64,000 nt of DNA from Methanotrichaceae archaeon (lineage in GTDB: Archaea; Halobacteriota; Methanosarcinia; Methanotrichales; Methanotrichaceae), in contig CAWDLW010000017.1 in NCBI GenBank assembly GCA_963803145.1, positions 64,001 to 128,000 on the forward strand. Reading direction: 5' to 3'. The notes under the pieces were generated by a model. It was not told where the DNA came from. It saw nothing but the letters and a program-made list of their open reading frames with translations, and searched no databases. Within the stretch, counting starts at the first letter, position 1; the number at the start of each line of letters is the position of its first letter. The translations under genes and the position numbers were made by a program. Shown here in pieces: positions 1-11,300 of this stretch.

Positions 1-2
1 CA

Positions 3-866
3 CAGGCAATTCGTCTCTTCGGAAGCGTGCCTACAGCAGACTCCTCTACATTTAAATCGAATGTATATCCAGAGGTATCTGTTGACACATCAACATATGA
101 CAGAACACCATATCACATGGCCACTCCCTATTCTGGAACGGTTACCATTCAGCCGGGCCAGAGATGTTTCCTGGCCGGAGATTCTGCAGGCAAGTCGGGC
201 TGGAGTGTTGATAACTTCCTCCTCTTCGAGATCCAGACGGGTATGGGGACAAAATATCTATTCTGCGGCGATGCTGATCCTGTCTCTTACAACGGTCAGA
301 AAGTTCAGCAAGTAGGGCCGAGTTCGTTCAGCTTTGATGCTGGTGAGGTTGATTTAACTTCGTACTTCCCGAAAGGTGTGCCTGTCCAACTCAAAGTTTC
401 AGCCTTAGACTATGGTGGCATCGGACATGTGAGCGATGTGTACCTGATTATCCAATCTGGCAATACACAAGGAACAAGTTCTGATGATAACGTTGGATCA
501 TCGACCATCCCATCAGCTGTCACGAATGGGAATGGGGGAATTCAGCTTGCGGGCAGCTGGAATATGGACGGACACCAGGAAGGGTTTAACGACTGGAAGG
601 CGGATTTAGTTCTCAATAGCGATTCCACTCTAAGATGGACAGAGACTGAAGGGGCAAATGTCGGAGCTACTAGATCTGGAACCTGGCAGTTCGATGGAAC
701 AACCATCACTATGAGCTGGGTATCGCCTAGCGGAGGAAAGACCGCATGGATTTCTAGAGAGGTAACTAAAGACACCATAAATAGTGGGACTTACACCGTC
801 GAGAATGCACCAGGCGGGACGTGGGTTGCCACCAGGTCTTATACAGTGGCAAACGAAGAACTTTAA
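3..866 (+). CDS. Hypothetical protein, probably secreted/surface; 5'-partial
   Basis: Frame is open to the window edge. Ser/Thr/Gly-rich linker between two beta-rich domains. Followed by a hairpin. Confidence 0.7.
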   Translation, partial: QAIRLFGSVPTADSSTFKSNVYPEVSVDTSTYDRTPYHMATPYSGTVTIQPGQRCFLAGDSAGKSGWSVDNFLLFEIQTGMGTKYLFCGDADPVSYNGQKVQQVGPSSFSFDAGEVDLTSYFPKGVPVQLKVSALDYGGIGHVSDVYLIIQSGNTQGTSSDDNVGSSTIPSAVTNGNGGIQLAGSWNMDGHQEGFNDWKADLVLNSDSTLRWTETEGANVGATRSGTWQFDGTTITMSWVSPSGGKTAWISREVTKDTINSGTYTVENAPGGTWVATRSYTVANEEL

Positions 867-868
867 TT

Positions 869-900
869 AGGAGGCCTATCGGGTCTCCTACTTTCCAATA
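869..900. terminator. Hairpin between convergent genes
   Basis: TAGGAGGCC...GGTCTCCTA imperfect inverted repeat followed by a T-rich tract. Confidence 0.45.
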
Positions 901-924
901 TATCTTTTTGCGAGAGCTTTACGA

Positions 925-1905
925 TTACATCAACGCTAGCTTCAGCCCCTTGCCCAGCTCCAAAGCACGCTTATAAACAATAGTTCCTGTAGATACATCC
1001 TGGATCGCAAGGCCGGTAGAGTCAAAGATAGTAATCTCCTCATTGCTGGTTCTGCCAGGCTTGGCTCCTGTCAGTATCTCTCCTATCTGGGCATAGATCT
1101 CCTCCGGCTTCAGCACGCCCTCTGATATCGGCACATTTACCTCGCCTGAGTGGACAGCCTGGGCCATATCATCGACGACAACTTTTGTGCGCTTTGTGAG
1201 CGCACTTTCGAGCTCTTGCTTGCCTTTCGCATCTGCGCCTATTGCATTTATGTGCGTTCCCGGCTTCACCCATGAGCTTTTTACGACAGGAGCGCGTGCT
1301 GGTGTAGTAGTAATAAGAATATCACAATCACACGCGTCCTTTGGGTCTGTTGTGAGCTTGTATTCGCAATCTAGGAATCCTCTGGCATCTTGCTCAAAGG
1401 CCCTGCCGTGCTCCAGGGATCTATCCGACACAATCACCCTTTCGATCTTGAAGAAGCGGCTCACACCGAGGAGCTGTGTCCTGGCCTGCACACCAGCGCC
1501 AATCATTCCAACAATCTTTGATTCTGTCCTGGCTAGATATTTTGCGGCTATTGCGCCTGCAGCGCCAGTCCTCATATTTGTGAGGAATGTTCCCCCCATG
1601 ACTGCAATGGGCGCTCCTGTCTCAGGTGAGTTCAGAACCAGCAGAGCCATAACTGTTGGAAGCCCCTTGCTGGGGTTCTTCGGATGAACGTTGACAATCT
1701 TCACACCTGCTGCACTTAGGTTCTCCAGGCAGGCGGGCATAGTCCTCAGATCGCCGTCATATTTCGTAAAGTAAAGATACGATTTTGGAGGCATCTGCGT
1801 CTTTCCAAAGCCGTGATCCCTGAATGCGCTTTCCACCGCAACAATGGCATCATCCATCTTCAGAATAGATTTAACATCATCCTCGGACAGCCAGAGTAAA
1901 TCCAT
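925..1905 (-). CDS. ala: Archaeal alanine dehydrogenase (ornithine cyclodeaminase/mu-crystallin family)
   Basis: Motifs GVKIVNVHP, LTNMRTGAAG, IGAGVQA, HINAIGADA, FDSTGLAIQD. Start reassigned to MDLLWL at 1905. Confidence 0.88.
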   Translation of the reverse strand: MDLLWLSEDDVKSILKMDDAIVAVESAFRDHGFGKTQMPPKSYLYFTKYDGDLRTMPACLENLSAAGVKIVNVHPKNPSKGLPTVMALLVLNSPETGAPIAVMGGTFLTNMRTGAAGAIAAKYLARTESKIVGMIGAGVQARTQLLGVSRFFKIERVIVSDRSLEHGRAFEQDARGFLDCEYKLTTDPKDACDCDILITTTPARAPVVKSSWVKPGTHINAIGADAKGKQELESALTKRTKVVVDDMAQAVHSGEVNVPISEGVLKPEEIYAQIGEILTGAKPGRTSNEEITIFDSTGLAIQDVSTGTIVYKRALELGKGLKLALM

Positions 1906-2090
1906 AGTAAACCTCGTATATATTAATGATATTAATTGTAATAGCAGCCATGGTAAAATAGCCTTTGGCCTAGCGTCTCCTGCTGCTCTAAACCATTTGC
2001 GCTGTTTCAAGAACATCTGAACTATCAATGTAACACCTATACCTTACACCTCGGAAAATCAGATATATTCCCAACAACTCTTATTCGCTC

Positions 2091-2546
2091 ATGCTACAGG
2101 ATATCAAGGTGGTTGAGGTCAAAGAGCAGCCAGTGCTCTCCATAAGAGAAACTGCATCCATGCCGTCCATGCCCGAGAAAATGGGCGAGATATTTTCGGA
2201 GATCTATGCGTTTATGCAGAAAAAGGAAATAGTTCCAGTCGGCCCGCCTTTTGCTTACTGGCACGACATGACCGGCGGTATAGTCGATATGGAATGCGGT
2301 TTTCCCGTCTATGGATCTGCAAAGGGCGAAGGAAGGATAAAGAGCAGCAAGCTGCCCGGAGGCAAAGCTGCAACAGCCTTGCATATCGGACCCTATGATA
2401 AGCTTTCGGAGGCATACAAGGTAGTTGAATCATGGATAAGAGACAATGGATATCAGATCGCAGGGAATCCTTGGGAGTCTTATCTGACCATGCCTGATGT
2501 GGAGCCTTCCAAGATCAGGACTCAGATCTTCTGGCTGGTGAAGTAA
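2091..2546 (+). CDS. GyrI-like small-molecule binding domain protein
   Basis: GPPFAYWH, HIGPYDKLSEAY, PWESYL pattern. Confidence 0.85.
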   Translation: MLQDIKVVEVKEQPVLSIRETASMPSMPEKMGEIFSEIYAFMQKKEIVPVGPPFAYWHDMTGGIVDMECGFPVYGSAKGEGRIKSSKLPGGKAATALHIGPYDKLSEAYKVVESWIRDNGYQIAGNPWESYLTMPDVEPSKIRTQIFWLVK

Positions 2547-2606
2547 TTTAGGCTGATGCCTCTCTTTTTTGCCATTTCGACGATGGAACTATAAATACAT
2601 TAATAT

Positions 2607-3203
2607 GTGAATCAATTCATCTATGACAAAGGTGTGAGAAAAACGAAAAGCCTAATCGCCTACTCTACCCGCTATGGTGCCACTGCCGGAACCGCCGAAG
2701 AGATCGCCAGGATCCTCCGCCAAGATAACTTCGATGTCAGAGTAGTCGATCTTAAAGCAGAGAAGGTTAAAGACATCTCGGAGTTCGATCTTATCGTCAT
2801 CGGTGGGGGCTTAAAGATGGGCAGGTGGACCGGCGAGAGCGATGCTTTTCTAAAGAGCTTCCAGAAAGATCTGACCCAAAAGAAGGTTGCCATCTTCGTT
2901 TCTTCAGCCGTAAAATCGCTACATGAGCGCAAAGGCAAAGCGGAGGATCTGCAGAAGTTCAAGAAACAATATCTGGAAGACAGGGCATTGAAGTACAATC
3001 TGCATCCTATTGCTCTGGGCCTATTCGGCGGAGTCATGGATAAAAACAAGATGGGTTTTATTTTCCGGCGAACTCTAGCTCCCCTTATCAAGCAGTTTGA
3101 GGAAGCGGGTTTTAAGGAGACAAGCCCCGGATTGATCGATACCAGGAACTGGGAAGAGATCCGCCGATGGACAGAAGATCTCGCACAGAGGGCACGGCAA
3201 TAG
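2607..3203 (+). CDS. Flavodoxin-domain protein (HemG-like)
   Basis: IAYSTRYGATAGTAEEIA FMN loop; C-terminal DTRNWEEIRRW. Confidence 0.85.
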   Translation: MNQFIYDKGVRKTKSLIAYSTRYGATAGTAEEIARILRQDNFDVRVVDLKAEKVKDISEFDLIVIGGGLKMGRWTGESDAFLKSFQKDLTQKKVAIFVSSAVKSLHERKGKAEDLQKFKKQYLEDRALKYNLHPIALGLFGGVMDKNKMGFIFRRTLAPLIKQFEEAGFKETSPGLIDTRNWEEIRRWTEDLAQRARQ

Positions 3204-3445
3204 CTGTATAACAAACCTTTCGAATAACTCTCTTTCTAACGCCCAAGATAATGGGATAGCTTTAGCGATTAAAGAGTTATTGATATGTGTGGCGAAGCAT
3301 AAAAGAATAAAAAGGCCATAAAACTGTTCCTAAAATAGTTATTCTCCAGTCTACGTATAGTACATGCTCCAAAGGATTTGACTATTTTTTCACTGCACTT
3401 GTACCATGATAGACATATATTATGAGTTTAAATAGACATTATAAA

Positions 3446-4627
3446 ATGGATCAATATGATGTAGCAGTCGTTGGCGCTGGCCCTGCCGGCTCAATGGCTG
3501 CGAAGTATGCGGCCAAGGCCGTAGCCAGTGTGGTTCTCCTGGAGGAGCATGCGAGCATAGGCTGGCCTGTGCAGTGTGCAGGGCTGCTGGGCACGAATGC
3601 CCTTGAGGTCTCGGAACTTTCACCTGGCGACTTTGTCAAAGGCGGCCTTAAAGGCGCAACAATTTATTCTCCAGGAGGCACGAAGGTTTCCTTCAAGGCA
3701 GATTCATTCAAAGCATGGATCGTTGATAGAAGGCTTTTTGACAGATCCCTGGCAATGGAAGCCGCGAAGAAAGGCGCCGAGCTGAGGCTCAGCTCTCAAG
3801 TGAGAGATGTACTAAAAGTGAAGGATAGCCATGGCAAAGGCAACATCCTGATCCTCGGCAGTGGAGAACGAATAGCAGCAAAAGCCGTCATTTTGGCCGA
3901 AGGCGTCAGAGCCCTTCTATCTCGTAAGGCCGGCATCAGGCCAGTCGAGAAGATCCTGTCAGGCGCTCAGGTAGAGCTGCCTTTCGTTGTGGATGATCCT
4001 GAGAAGGTTGAGGTTCATCTGGGTATACCCGGACTCTTCGCCTGGGTTATTCCAATAGGGCCTGAATCTGCCAGGGTCGGGCTCTGCACTGTAGAAAATG
4101 GATGTGATATTCTTAAGGCATTTCTGCGGAGAGATGTGATAAAGAAGAGAATTTTAGGCTCGCCCACAGCTCTAAATGTGGGCGGCCTTCCCATGGGTCC
4201 GCCGCCGTCCACAGTAGCAGATGGTTTTCTGGCTGTGGGAGATGCTGCTGGTCATGTAAAGCCGACCTCAGGAGGCGGGATTTATCCTGGCCTTGTCTGC
4301 GCCAAGATTGCTGGGAGCGTGGCAGCCGCGGCCGTCTCTGAGGGTGATTGTTCAGCGGATAGGTTAAAGGAGTACGATAGACGATGGCGGGCGTCGATAG
4401 GCAGAGAGCTTGATGTGGGAATGAGGGTGAACCGGCTCCTGAATAGAATGAGCGATCAAGAGCTGGACGAAGTTCTGGGCTATCTTGCAGGAAAGCCCGG
4501 CCTGATTAAGACAATAGAGGAACACGGAGATATCGATAGGCCAAGCGTGCTTATGGCCAAGATGCTGCCCAAATTGGGACTTGATGGGATTAAGTTAGCG
4601 GGATTGTTGAAACATATGTTGAGTTAG
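3446..4627 (+). CDS. Geranylgeranyl reductase family (digeranylgeranylglycerophospholipid reductase-like)
   Basis: VVGAGPAGS FAD motif, PVQCAG, VGDAAGHVKPTSGGGI. Confidence 0.88.
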   Translation: MDQYDVAVVGAGPAGSMAAKYAAKAVASVVLLEEHASIGWPVQCAGLLGTNALEVSELSPGDFVKGGLKGATIYSPGGTKVSFKADSFKAWIVDRRLFDRSLAMEAAKKGAELRLSSQVRDVLKVKDSHGKGNILILGSGERIAAKAVILAEGVRALLSRKAGIRPVEKILSGAQVELPFVVDDPEKVEVHLGIPGLFAWVIPIGPESARVGLCTVENGCDILKAFLRRDVIKKRILGSPTALNVGGLPMGPPPSTVADGFLAVGDAAGHVKPTSGGGIYPGLVCAKIAGSVAAAAVSEGDCSADRLKEYDRRWRASIGRELDVGMRVNRLLNRMSDQELDEVLGYLAGKPGLIKTIEEHGDIDRPSVLMAKMLPKLGLDGIKLAGLLKHMLS

Positions 4628-4746
4628 TCTTTTTGTCTAGTCTACCTAATTATGTTGATGGATAATGGCTATAACACTCCTTAGTAATTCCTTTTCCACA
4701 GCCGCAGTTTGGCCGTCTTCCAATATTAAATTTAATGCTAAAGACA

Positions 4747-7107
4747 CTAAGATTTGTTTCCAAGCGATTTCAGACTATCTCGTACAAATTTCGTATCAGG
4801 ATGATCCTCAGGCAATATTTTCTCATCAATCTTCAGAACTCTCTCAAGATAATCCCTAGCTCGCTCGAGATCACCCATATCTTTCAGAACTAAACCGAGG
4901 TTGCTAACTATCGTGGCAATCATAGGATGATCCTCAGGCAATATTTTCTCATCAATCTTCAGAGCTCTCTCAAGATAATCCCTAGCTTGCTCGAGATCAC
5001 CCATATCTTTCAGAACTAAACCGAGGTTGCTAACTATCGTGGCAATCATAGGATGATCCTCAGGCAATATTTTCTCATCAATCTTCAGAGCCCTCTCAAG
5101 ATAATTCTTAGCTTGATCAAGGTCGCCCAGACCTCCAAGAACCATTCCGAGGTTGCTAGCTATCAAGGCAACATCAGGATGATTCTCAGGCAATATTTTC
5201 TCATCAATCTTCAGAGCTCTCTCAAGATAATCCCTAGCTCGCTCGAGATCACCCATATCTTTCAGAACTAAACCGAGGTTGCTAACTATCGTGGCAATCA
5301 TAGGATGATCCTCAGGCAATATTTTCTCATCAATCTTCAGAGCTCTCTCAAGATAATCCCTAGCTTGCTCGAGATCACCCATATCTTTCAGAACTAAACC
5401 GAGGTTGCTAACTATCGTGGCAATCATAGGATGATCCTCAGGCAATATTTTCTCATCAATCTTCAGAGCTCTCTCAAGATAATCCCTAGCTTGCTTAAGA
5501 TCGCCCAGATCTCTAAAAACCATTCCAAGATTATTAGTTACCGTGGCAACATCAGAATGATCTTCGGGTAAGATTTTCTCATCAATCTTCAGAGCTCTCT
5601 CTAACAAAAATTTAGCATGGGTAAGTTCCCCCCGCCCTCTTAGAAATAATCCTATACGGTTCAAAAGACTGCCTATAACCTCTGGAGATACTTCGAAAAC
5701 CTCGCCATATTCCACTGTGGTCAGAGCATGTGGGAATAATATTGAACATATAGTCCAAGTTCGCACATCCATTGAGTAGTAGGGAAAAGCGTCATGAATT
5801 AATCGTAAGGCGGCTTCAGCCCATTTCTTTCCATCATCGCCCAGCCTTTCTCTCGTTACCATCTGAACCAATCTGTGGATTGACAGATAATCTTCAAAAG
5901 AACTGACTAGAGAGTAGCATCTCAGGACTGCCACGGCATCATCAAACTCTAGTTCATCGGCTAGAGAAGGTAATGGATCAGGCAACTTATTGGCTAGCTC
6001 CGTCAATAAAAGTCTAGGAATATTTTCAGGAGCAAGAAATGAGCAGAGATTGAGCAGATTAGCGCCTATAAGCGAAACTTCTTGAACCTCCTGGAAAGCG
6101 AGCTTCCAGGTAGTGGCGATAGTTGCAGGATAATCTTTAGGCTTGCCCCTCTCGAGAACTTCGATCTGATATTTCTGGAATCGTTTTAAGTAGTCTCTAA
6201 ATGTTATACCCTTCTCCTCAATATAGGCTCCAGCCTGCTCCAGGGCCAGTGGTAAATTTTCCAAATCCTTTGCCAAATTGCTTATGGTGCCATCATCCTT
6301 TTGTCCTGTGCGCTTTTCTAAAAATTCTATAGATTCTTCATCGCTGAAAACCTGAATTTGTAATGGTTTTGCCGTACTACCCCAGTTTGGATTACGGGAA
6401 GTTATTATCACATGGCCTTCGCCGAATCTGGGTAGATAATCTCCAAGATCGTCCGGTTTAATAGCGCTATCAAAGATCATCAGCCAACGTGGGTTCTTTT
6501 CCAACCATCTTCTTACGGCTCTAACGATTTCGATCTGATCCTTGAGGTCTTTTTCAGGTAAGTGTAGCTCAACAGCGAGAAGAGCATAATCTGACGCGAG
6601 CGTAGCAGGTTCTGATCGCACCCACCATATGACCTTATAATCGGCCATATGGCGGTAAGCGTACTCTACTGCAATCTGTGTTTTACCTACGCCACCCATG
6701 CCCCAGAGGGCCTGCTTCCATGCCTCAGGTTGAGCGGAAGTCAGGCATGATCTGAGTTCTGCCATGATTTGCTCACGGCCTGTGAAGTTGCGATTGCGGA
6801 ATTGAGCTATATTCCAGATCTCTGGAAGCATTTTCTGCAAATTGGCAAGTCCACTCTCTTTCTCCTTCAAAAGGCCAGTAAGATGTTCCCTATCCGCTGT
6901 GCTGATTTTTGCCTTCAACTCATCGTATTCCTGTTGGTAATTTGCCGCGGATTCCTTTTGGCGTTCGATCTCCTGGTGAAATCTGGCTAGATCTCTTGGA
7001 TCGTTCGAATATCGCAGTTCATCCTCATACTTCTTGAGGAGGTCTAGATCCTTCTTAATATTATCTTCGAGATCTTGAAGTCGTTTGTTAATCAGATTCG
7101 CTTCCAT
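4747..7107 (-). CDS. STAND NB-ARC ATPase with C-terminal TPR array (NLR-like) and N-terminal helical domain
   Basis: Walker A GMGGVGKT, Walker B LMIFD, LPLALEQAGAYI, IHRLVQ, then seven 42-aa TPRs. Confidence 0.92.
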   Translation of the reverse strand: MEANLINKRLQDLEDNIKKDLDLLKKYEDELRYSNDPRDLARFHQEIERQKESAANYQQEYDELKAKISTADREHLTGLLKEKESGLANLQKMLPEIWNIAQFRNRNFTGREQIMAELRSCLTSAQPEAWKQALWGMGGVGKTQIAVEYAYRHMADYKVIWWVRSEPATLASDYALLAVELHLPEKDLKDQIEIVRAVRRWLEKNPRWLMIFDSAIKPDDLGDYLPRFGEGHVIITSRNPNWGSTAKPLQIQVFSDEESIEFLEKRTGQKDDGTISNLAKDLENLPLALEQAGAYIEEKGITFRDYLKRFQKYQIEVLERGKPKDYPATIATTWKLAFQEVQEVSLIGANLLNLCSFLAPENIPRLLLTELANKLPDPLPSLADELEFDDAVAVLRCYSLVSSFEDYLSIHRLVQMVTRERLGDDGKKWAEAALRLIHDAFPYYSMDVRTWTICSILFPHALTTVEYGEVFEVSPEVIGSLLNRIGLFLRGRGELTHAKFLLERALKIDEKILPEDHSDVATVTNNLGMVFRDLGDLKQARDYLERALKIDEKILPEDHPMIATIVSNLGLVLKDMGDLEQARDYLERALKIDEKILPEDHPMIATIVSNLGLVLKDMGDLERARDYLERALKIDEKILPENHPDVALIASNLGMVLGGLGDLDQAKNYLERALKIDEKILPEDHPMIATIVSNLGLVLKDMGDLEQARDYLERALKIDEKILPEDHPMIATIVSNLGLVLKDMGDLERARDYLERVLKIDEKILPEDHPDTKFVRDSLKSLGNKS
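4795..5670 (-). repeat. 126-bp tandem repeats encoding TPRs
   Basis: GGATGATCCTCAGGCAATATTTTCTCATCAATCTTCAG, or close variants, recurs every 126 bp. Confidence 0.95.
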
Positions 7108-7825
7108 GGCCCCGTCCGAATTTTGCCTTCAAGGCTTCCCAAGCTGACTGGAGATTCATGCCTACTTTAAGCTCGATTTCACCTTCGTATGACAGGATCA
7201 GGGGTATGATGGGGATAGTAAGTTTTAGCTTGTGGCTCGAACCTACTGCGGGATCATCCAGAATTTTTGAGATTTTTTCGGTTTGTTCAAGTATCTTAGG
7301 ATCAACTGCTTTATTTTTCATTATGTCTGCGACGACTTTCTGGAGGGCCTCCAGAGTATCTCTCATGTCTTGTTCTGAAATACAGTTAGCTTCAAGCGCA
7401 TCCCAGATGCATTTTACAGTCTCCAATTGGTTCTGATTCAACTCATTGATAAGGGAGGAAATTATCCTTTGTTCACTTGCATTGAAGCTCTGTAACATGG
7501 TTTGGCGCAAATCGACTAGTTGATCCGCCATAGCTCTTTGGCCTGATTGAAGCTCTGTCAACATATCCTCGATATGCTCCAAGCGATCAGCAAACCCAGT
7601 TACCTTTTCTGGAGGTTCGCTGGCTACTTGCTTTCGTAGATCGTCGTATTCTTTATTGTAGCGTTTTGCTGAATCTCTCTGACGCACAATTTCCCGGCGA
7701 ATCCTAGCCAGCTCTCTAGGATCGTGCGCATACCGTTCCTCATCTTCGTAAGCCTTAAGCAGCTCCAAATCTTGGAGGACATTCTCCTCCAGATCCTTGA
7801 GCCGAGTTTGTATCGCAGTATCCAC
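7088..7825 (-). CDS. Helical protein sharing its N-terminal domain with the downstream NB-ARC protein
   Basis: N-terminal 60 aa are 35/60 identical to the NB-ARC N-terminus. 20-nt overlap with that gene. GGGAG RBS before the GTG start. Confidence 0.85.
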   Translation of the reverse strand: MDTAIQTRLKDLEENVLQDLELLKAYEDEERYAHDPRELARIRREIVRQRDSAKRYNKEYDDLRKQVASEPPEKVTGFADRLEHIEDMLTELQSGQRAMADQLVDLRQTMLQSFNASEQRIISSLINELNQNQLETVKCIWDALEANCISEQDMRDTLEALQKVVADIMKNKAVDPKILEQTEKISKILDDPAVGSSHKLKLTIPIIPLILSYEGEIELKVGMNLQSAWEALKAKFGRGHGSESD

Positions 7826-8332
7826 TCAATCTCCCTCCCAAACTAGGCCGTTGTTAGTATAGAACTTATCATTATACTTATAAATGCCGCTATTGTAAAA
7901 TATGCAAGTAATTGCTGTTATAGTGATTTTGAGTATATCAACTCAATCACGGTAGACTACCAAGGATTTATTATAGTGTTTCCTAGAACTTTTTGCCCAA
8001 TAGAATAAGCGTTATGTAAGCCGATCGCTGAAAAGATTTAGGCAAGAAGTCAGGAGAATCACTATAATTAAGAACTGTGAACCAAAGCTATCTTTGAGAA
8101 TTAGAATCATTATGAGCTGTTCATAACTTAACCTTTATTTAGTGGGAAAATATTCAGCCAATCCCGCACACAATTTCATCCAACTTGATCTTGCATCCTT
8201 AAGTTATCTCACTGCTGGATATTATCGTATTTTGCTAATTTATAATATTGAGAATGTTCTTGTCGTAAGTTCATTTTGTATAGCGGCAGGCAAATATATA
8301 TCATTGCCAACACTAAAAGCTGAAATCTATCT

Positions 8333-11300
8333 CTAATTTACTTCAACTCTGCTGTTCCCAAGATCGTCCTCAATAACGTTTATGGTGTTATCAAACTGCC
8401 CCTGGACATCGCTTATGTGGCTGATGGCAATTATCTGCGGGAATCTCTCTTGCAGGGAGCGAAGCATATTGATCATCTTCTCCCTGTGCTCCAAATCCTG
8501 GCTTCCGAATATCTCATCCAAGATCAGGAAGGAATAGCTTTCGCCATCTGGGGAGAAGCGCATCAGATACTCACTTATGGCCACACGCACAGAGACTGCT
8601 ATCATATCAATCTCTCCACCGGAGTAGCGTGAGATCGTGTAGTATTCTCCGCCATCCTCTACAAGGATATTAAAATCATCATCAATTTTTAGCAGGCTAT
8701 ATTTGCCGCTTACTTCCTCCAGGATCAGACCTGCAGTATAGGCTATATCATCTCTAATCCTGATTAAAATATGGTCCATGAATCTATTGACTACGCTTCT
8801 TGTAACATCGACCACTTGCAGCTTTCTGTTAGTTTCCGCCAGCTCTTTCTCATACTCCTTCTTCCGTTCGGCATCTCCCTCTAGCCTCTGCAAATCACTC
8901 TCTAGTACCCTGAGACGGACTTCGCTGCTCGATGTCTCCTTTCTAGCGGCCTCAAGACTTGCTTCTGCATCCTCTAAGGCCGTTCTTATAGCTCTGTGTA
9001 ATTCGTTGCTATAGCCCAGCAAGAAAATTTGCTTTTTTGCCTCGTTTAGCTCATATTCCAGCTCGCTTAGGTCTTCTGCAGCATCAGCCAGCCTCTCCCT
9101 GAGTTCCTTCTCGGAAGCGATCTTGAGCCTGATCTTCTGGGCCATCTCGTCGGCCTTTGCCAGGGTTCTGCTCTCTTGCGAGAGATTATCGTATTCAGCA
9201 GGATCGAAGCCCAGATCTTCAATTGACCCTTGGATGCTTTTGATCGTGCTCTCAAGCTTTTTGAGCTCTATTTTCATGCCACTGATCTTTTCTTCAATTC
9301 GAGGAATCTCTTGCACACTTCTTGTAAGGATTTCAAACTTGTTATGGGCTGGCGCGAGATCTACAAGACGCTTCTTTTGAGACGCGTAATCAGCCTCTAC
9401 ATATCCAAGTGCCTTGATAATTTGGCCGATCTCTTCGAGCTTCTTGAGAGCAGCTTTTTTCTCATTTCTGATACCCTCAAGCTCCGTCTCTCTCTTCGGC
9501 AGCTCCTCAAGCCTAAATGCGAGGCTTCTATGTTCCTCAACGAGGGGGATAATGTCTTCAATCGATTTTTGTAGCTCACCGAATTGCTTGGGATCAAAGC
9601 TTACATCGCCGAGTTTAGTAATTGCCTTTGTAATCTCTTTCAGCTCAGATCTTGCTTCGTAAATCTGTGATTCAAGGCTTCGCGTGCTGGCAAAAAGCTC
9701 TGCACGCCTGCTCCTTTTTGCATTCAGATCATCAAAAGCTATCTTAAGTTTGCTTCTGGCCGAGGATACGCCGTTAATTTTCTCGGTTTGTAATTGCATT
9801 CTCTTTTTCAGCTCAGTGGCACGCTCATTGGCACTATTGCAGGCAAGCTCGTACTTTTGGACAAGCTTGACATATTGCTCTCCAAGCGGCCTCTCGCAGG
9901 TCGGGCAGTTGCTGTCTTTTCCAAGGGATTTCATCCTTGCAAGGTTCTGCAAGGCGTCAATTCTCTGGGACTCCTCGATTGCCAGTTTGCCCTTCAGATC
10001 TGCAAGGCCATTGTTCAGGTCCATCCCCAGTCTATCGAGGTCAACGTCCTGTCTTTTAAGCTCAGCATCCCTTAGAGTAAGATCTCCCAAGAATGCAAGA
10101 TCCTTTTTTATAGAGGCAATTTGGTCCTCCAGCTTTTGAATGCGAGCCTCCAGGTTTGACCTCTGGGCATTCAGGGAATCGAGCTCCTTCTGCAGCTCCT
10201 TCTGGCGCGACGCGTGGATAAACTCCTTTTGCAGTTGCTCGCATTTCTCCTTTAAGGGCTGGATCTCAGAAAGGCGGTCTTTCGCCAGCAAGATCTTCCT
10301 GACAGCCTTCTCGGCGCGAGTGGCATTTGCCTGGATGGATTCAAGCCTTATCTTTTCTCCATTTAGGTGCGTTTGGAGCTCCATGTGCCTGTCCCTTAAT
10401 GCTTCAAGCCGTTGGTAGCTTGCTGTAGTTTCCTGATATTCCGTCTCCATAGGCCTGATTTTATCTAAGGCGGATCTGTCCTGTTTAAGGGCCTCAAGCT
10501 TCTTCTCCTGCTCTGCAAGGGACCTTCCGGCCAGATCCAGCTCAGCTCGGGCTTTGATCATCATCTGTTGCAGGCCGTCATGCTCCTTCCGCTTTGGCTC
10601 GATCTCCTCCAGTCTCACTTTCACGAAATCAAGCCTCTTCAAGTCCGGCTCGAGCTCTGAAAGAGTTCTCTTCGAGCTCTCAATTTCATCGATCCTAGCT
10701 CTATCGGCATTGATTGCCCTTTTCTTTTCTAATGCCTTCGATTCTATACCCAATATCTTCTGTGCCAATAGGTCATTGTACCGCTGTTTCTCTATTTGTT
10801 CATCAAGCTCGCGTTTTCTTTTCTCGGCCTCTGCAGCAAGTTTCGTTTCGATCTCTCTGAAGCTGGATAGCTCGGTCCTGGCAGAGGCGATGCTTTTCGA
10901 TATATTCTCTATCTTAGCATCGATGTCACCAAGCTCTGCAAGGGCGCCTCCAAGCCTGTTCGACTGATCTTCAAGCTTACGCAGGTCGGACTTTATCAGC
11001 TCCATTGATCTCTCTCTCACTTCATCCAGACCTAGAAGCTTCAGCAGGTATTCCCTCTTGCCAGTTCCCCCTTCCTTCAGAAGGTTGTCGAGATCCTTTT
11101 GTCGGGCATAAAATGTCCTCATGAAATCCTGGTAGCTGATCTTTAAAATCTCCTCCAATTTTAGATCAACATCTCTTGATCCCATGGCTACCCTATGTCC
11201 ATCTAGATCGATCGCAGCCTCAGCCGATAGGCTCTTTCCCTTCATTGCCCGAAGGATGGTGATCTCCTGTTTTCCGTGGTTAAGGCTGAGGGAGACCTCG

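Noticed and set aside
4795-5670. Regular repeats as a CRISPR array
   Set aside because: The 126-bp units are in-frame TPR coding repeats with no unique spacers; no cas genes in the window.
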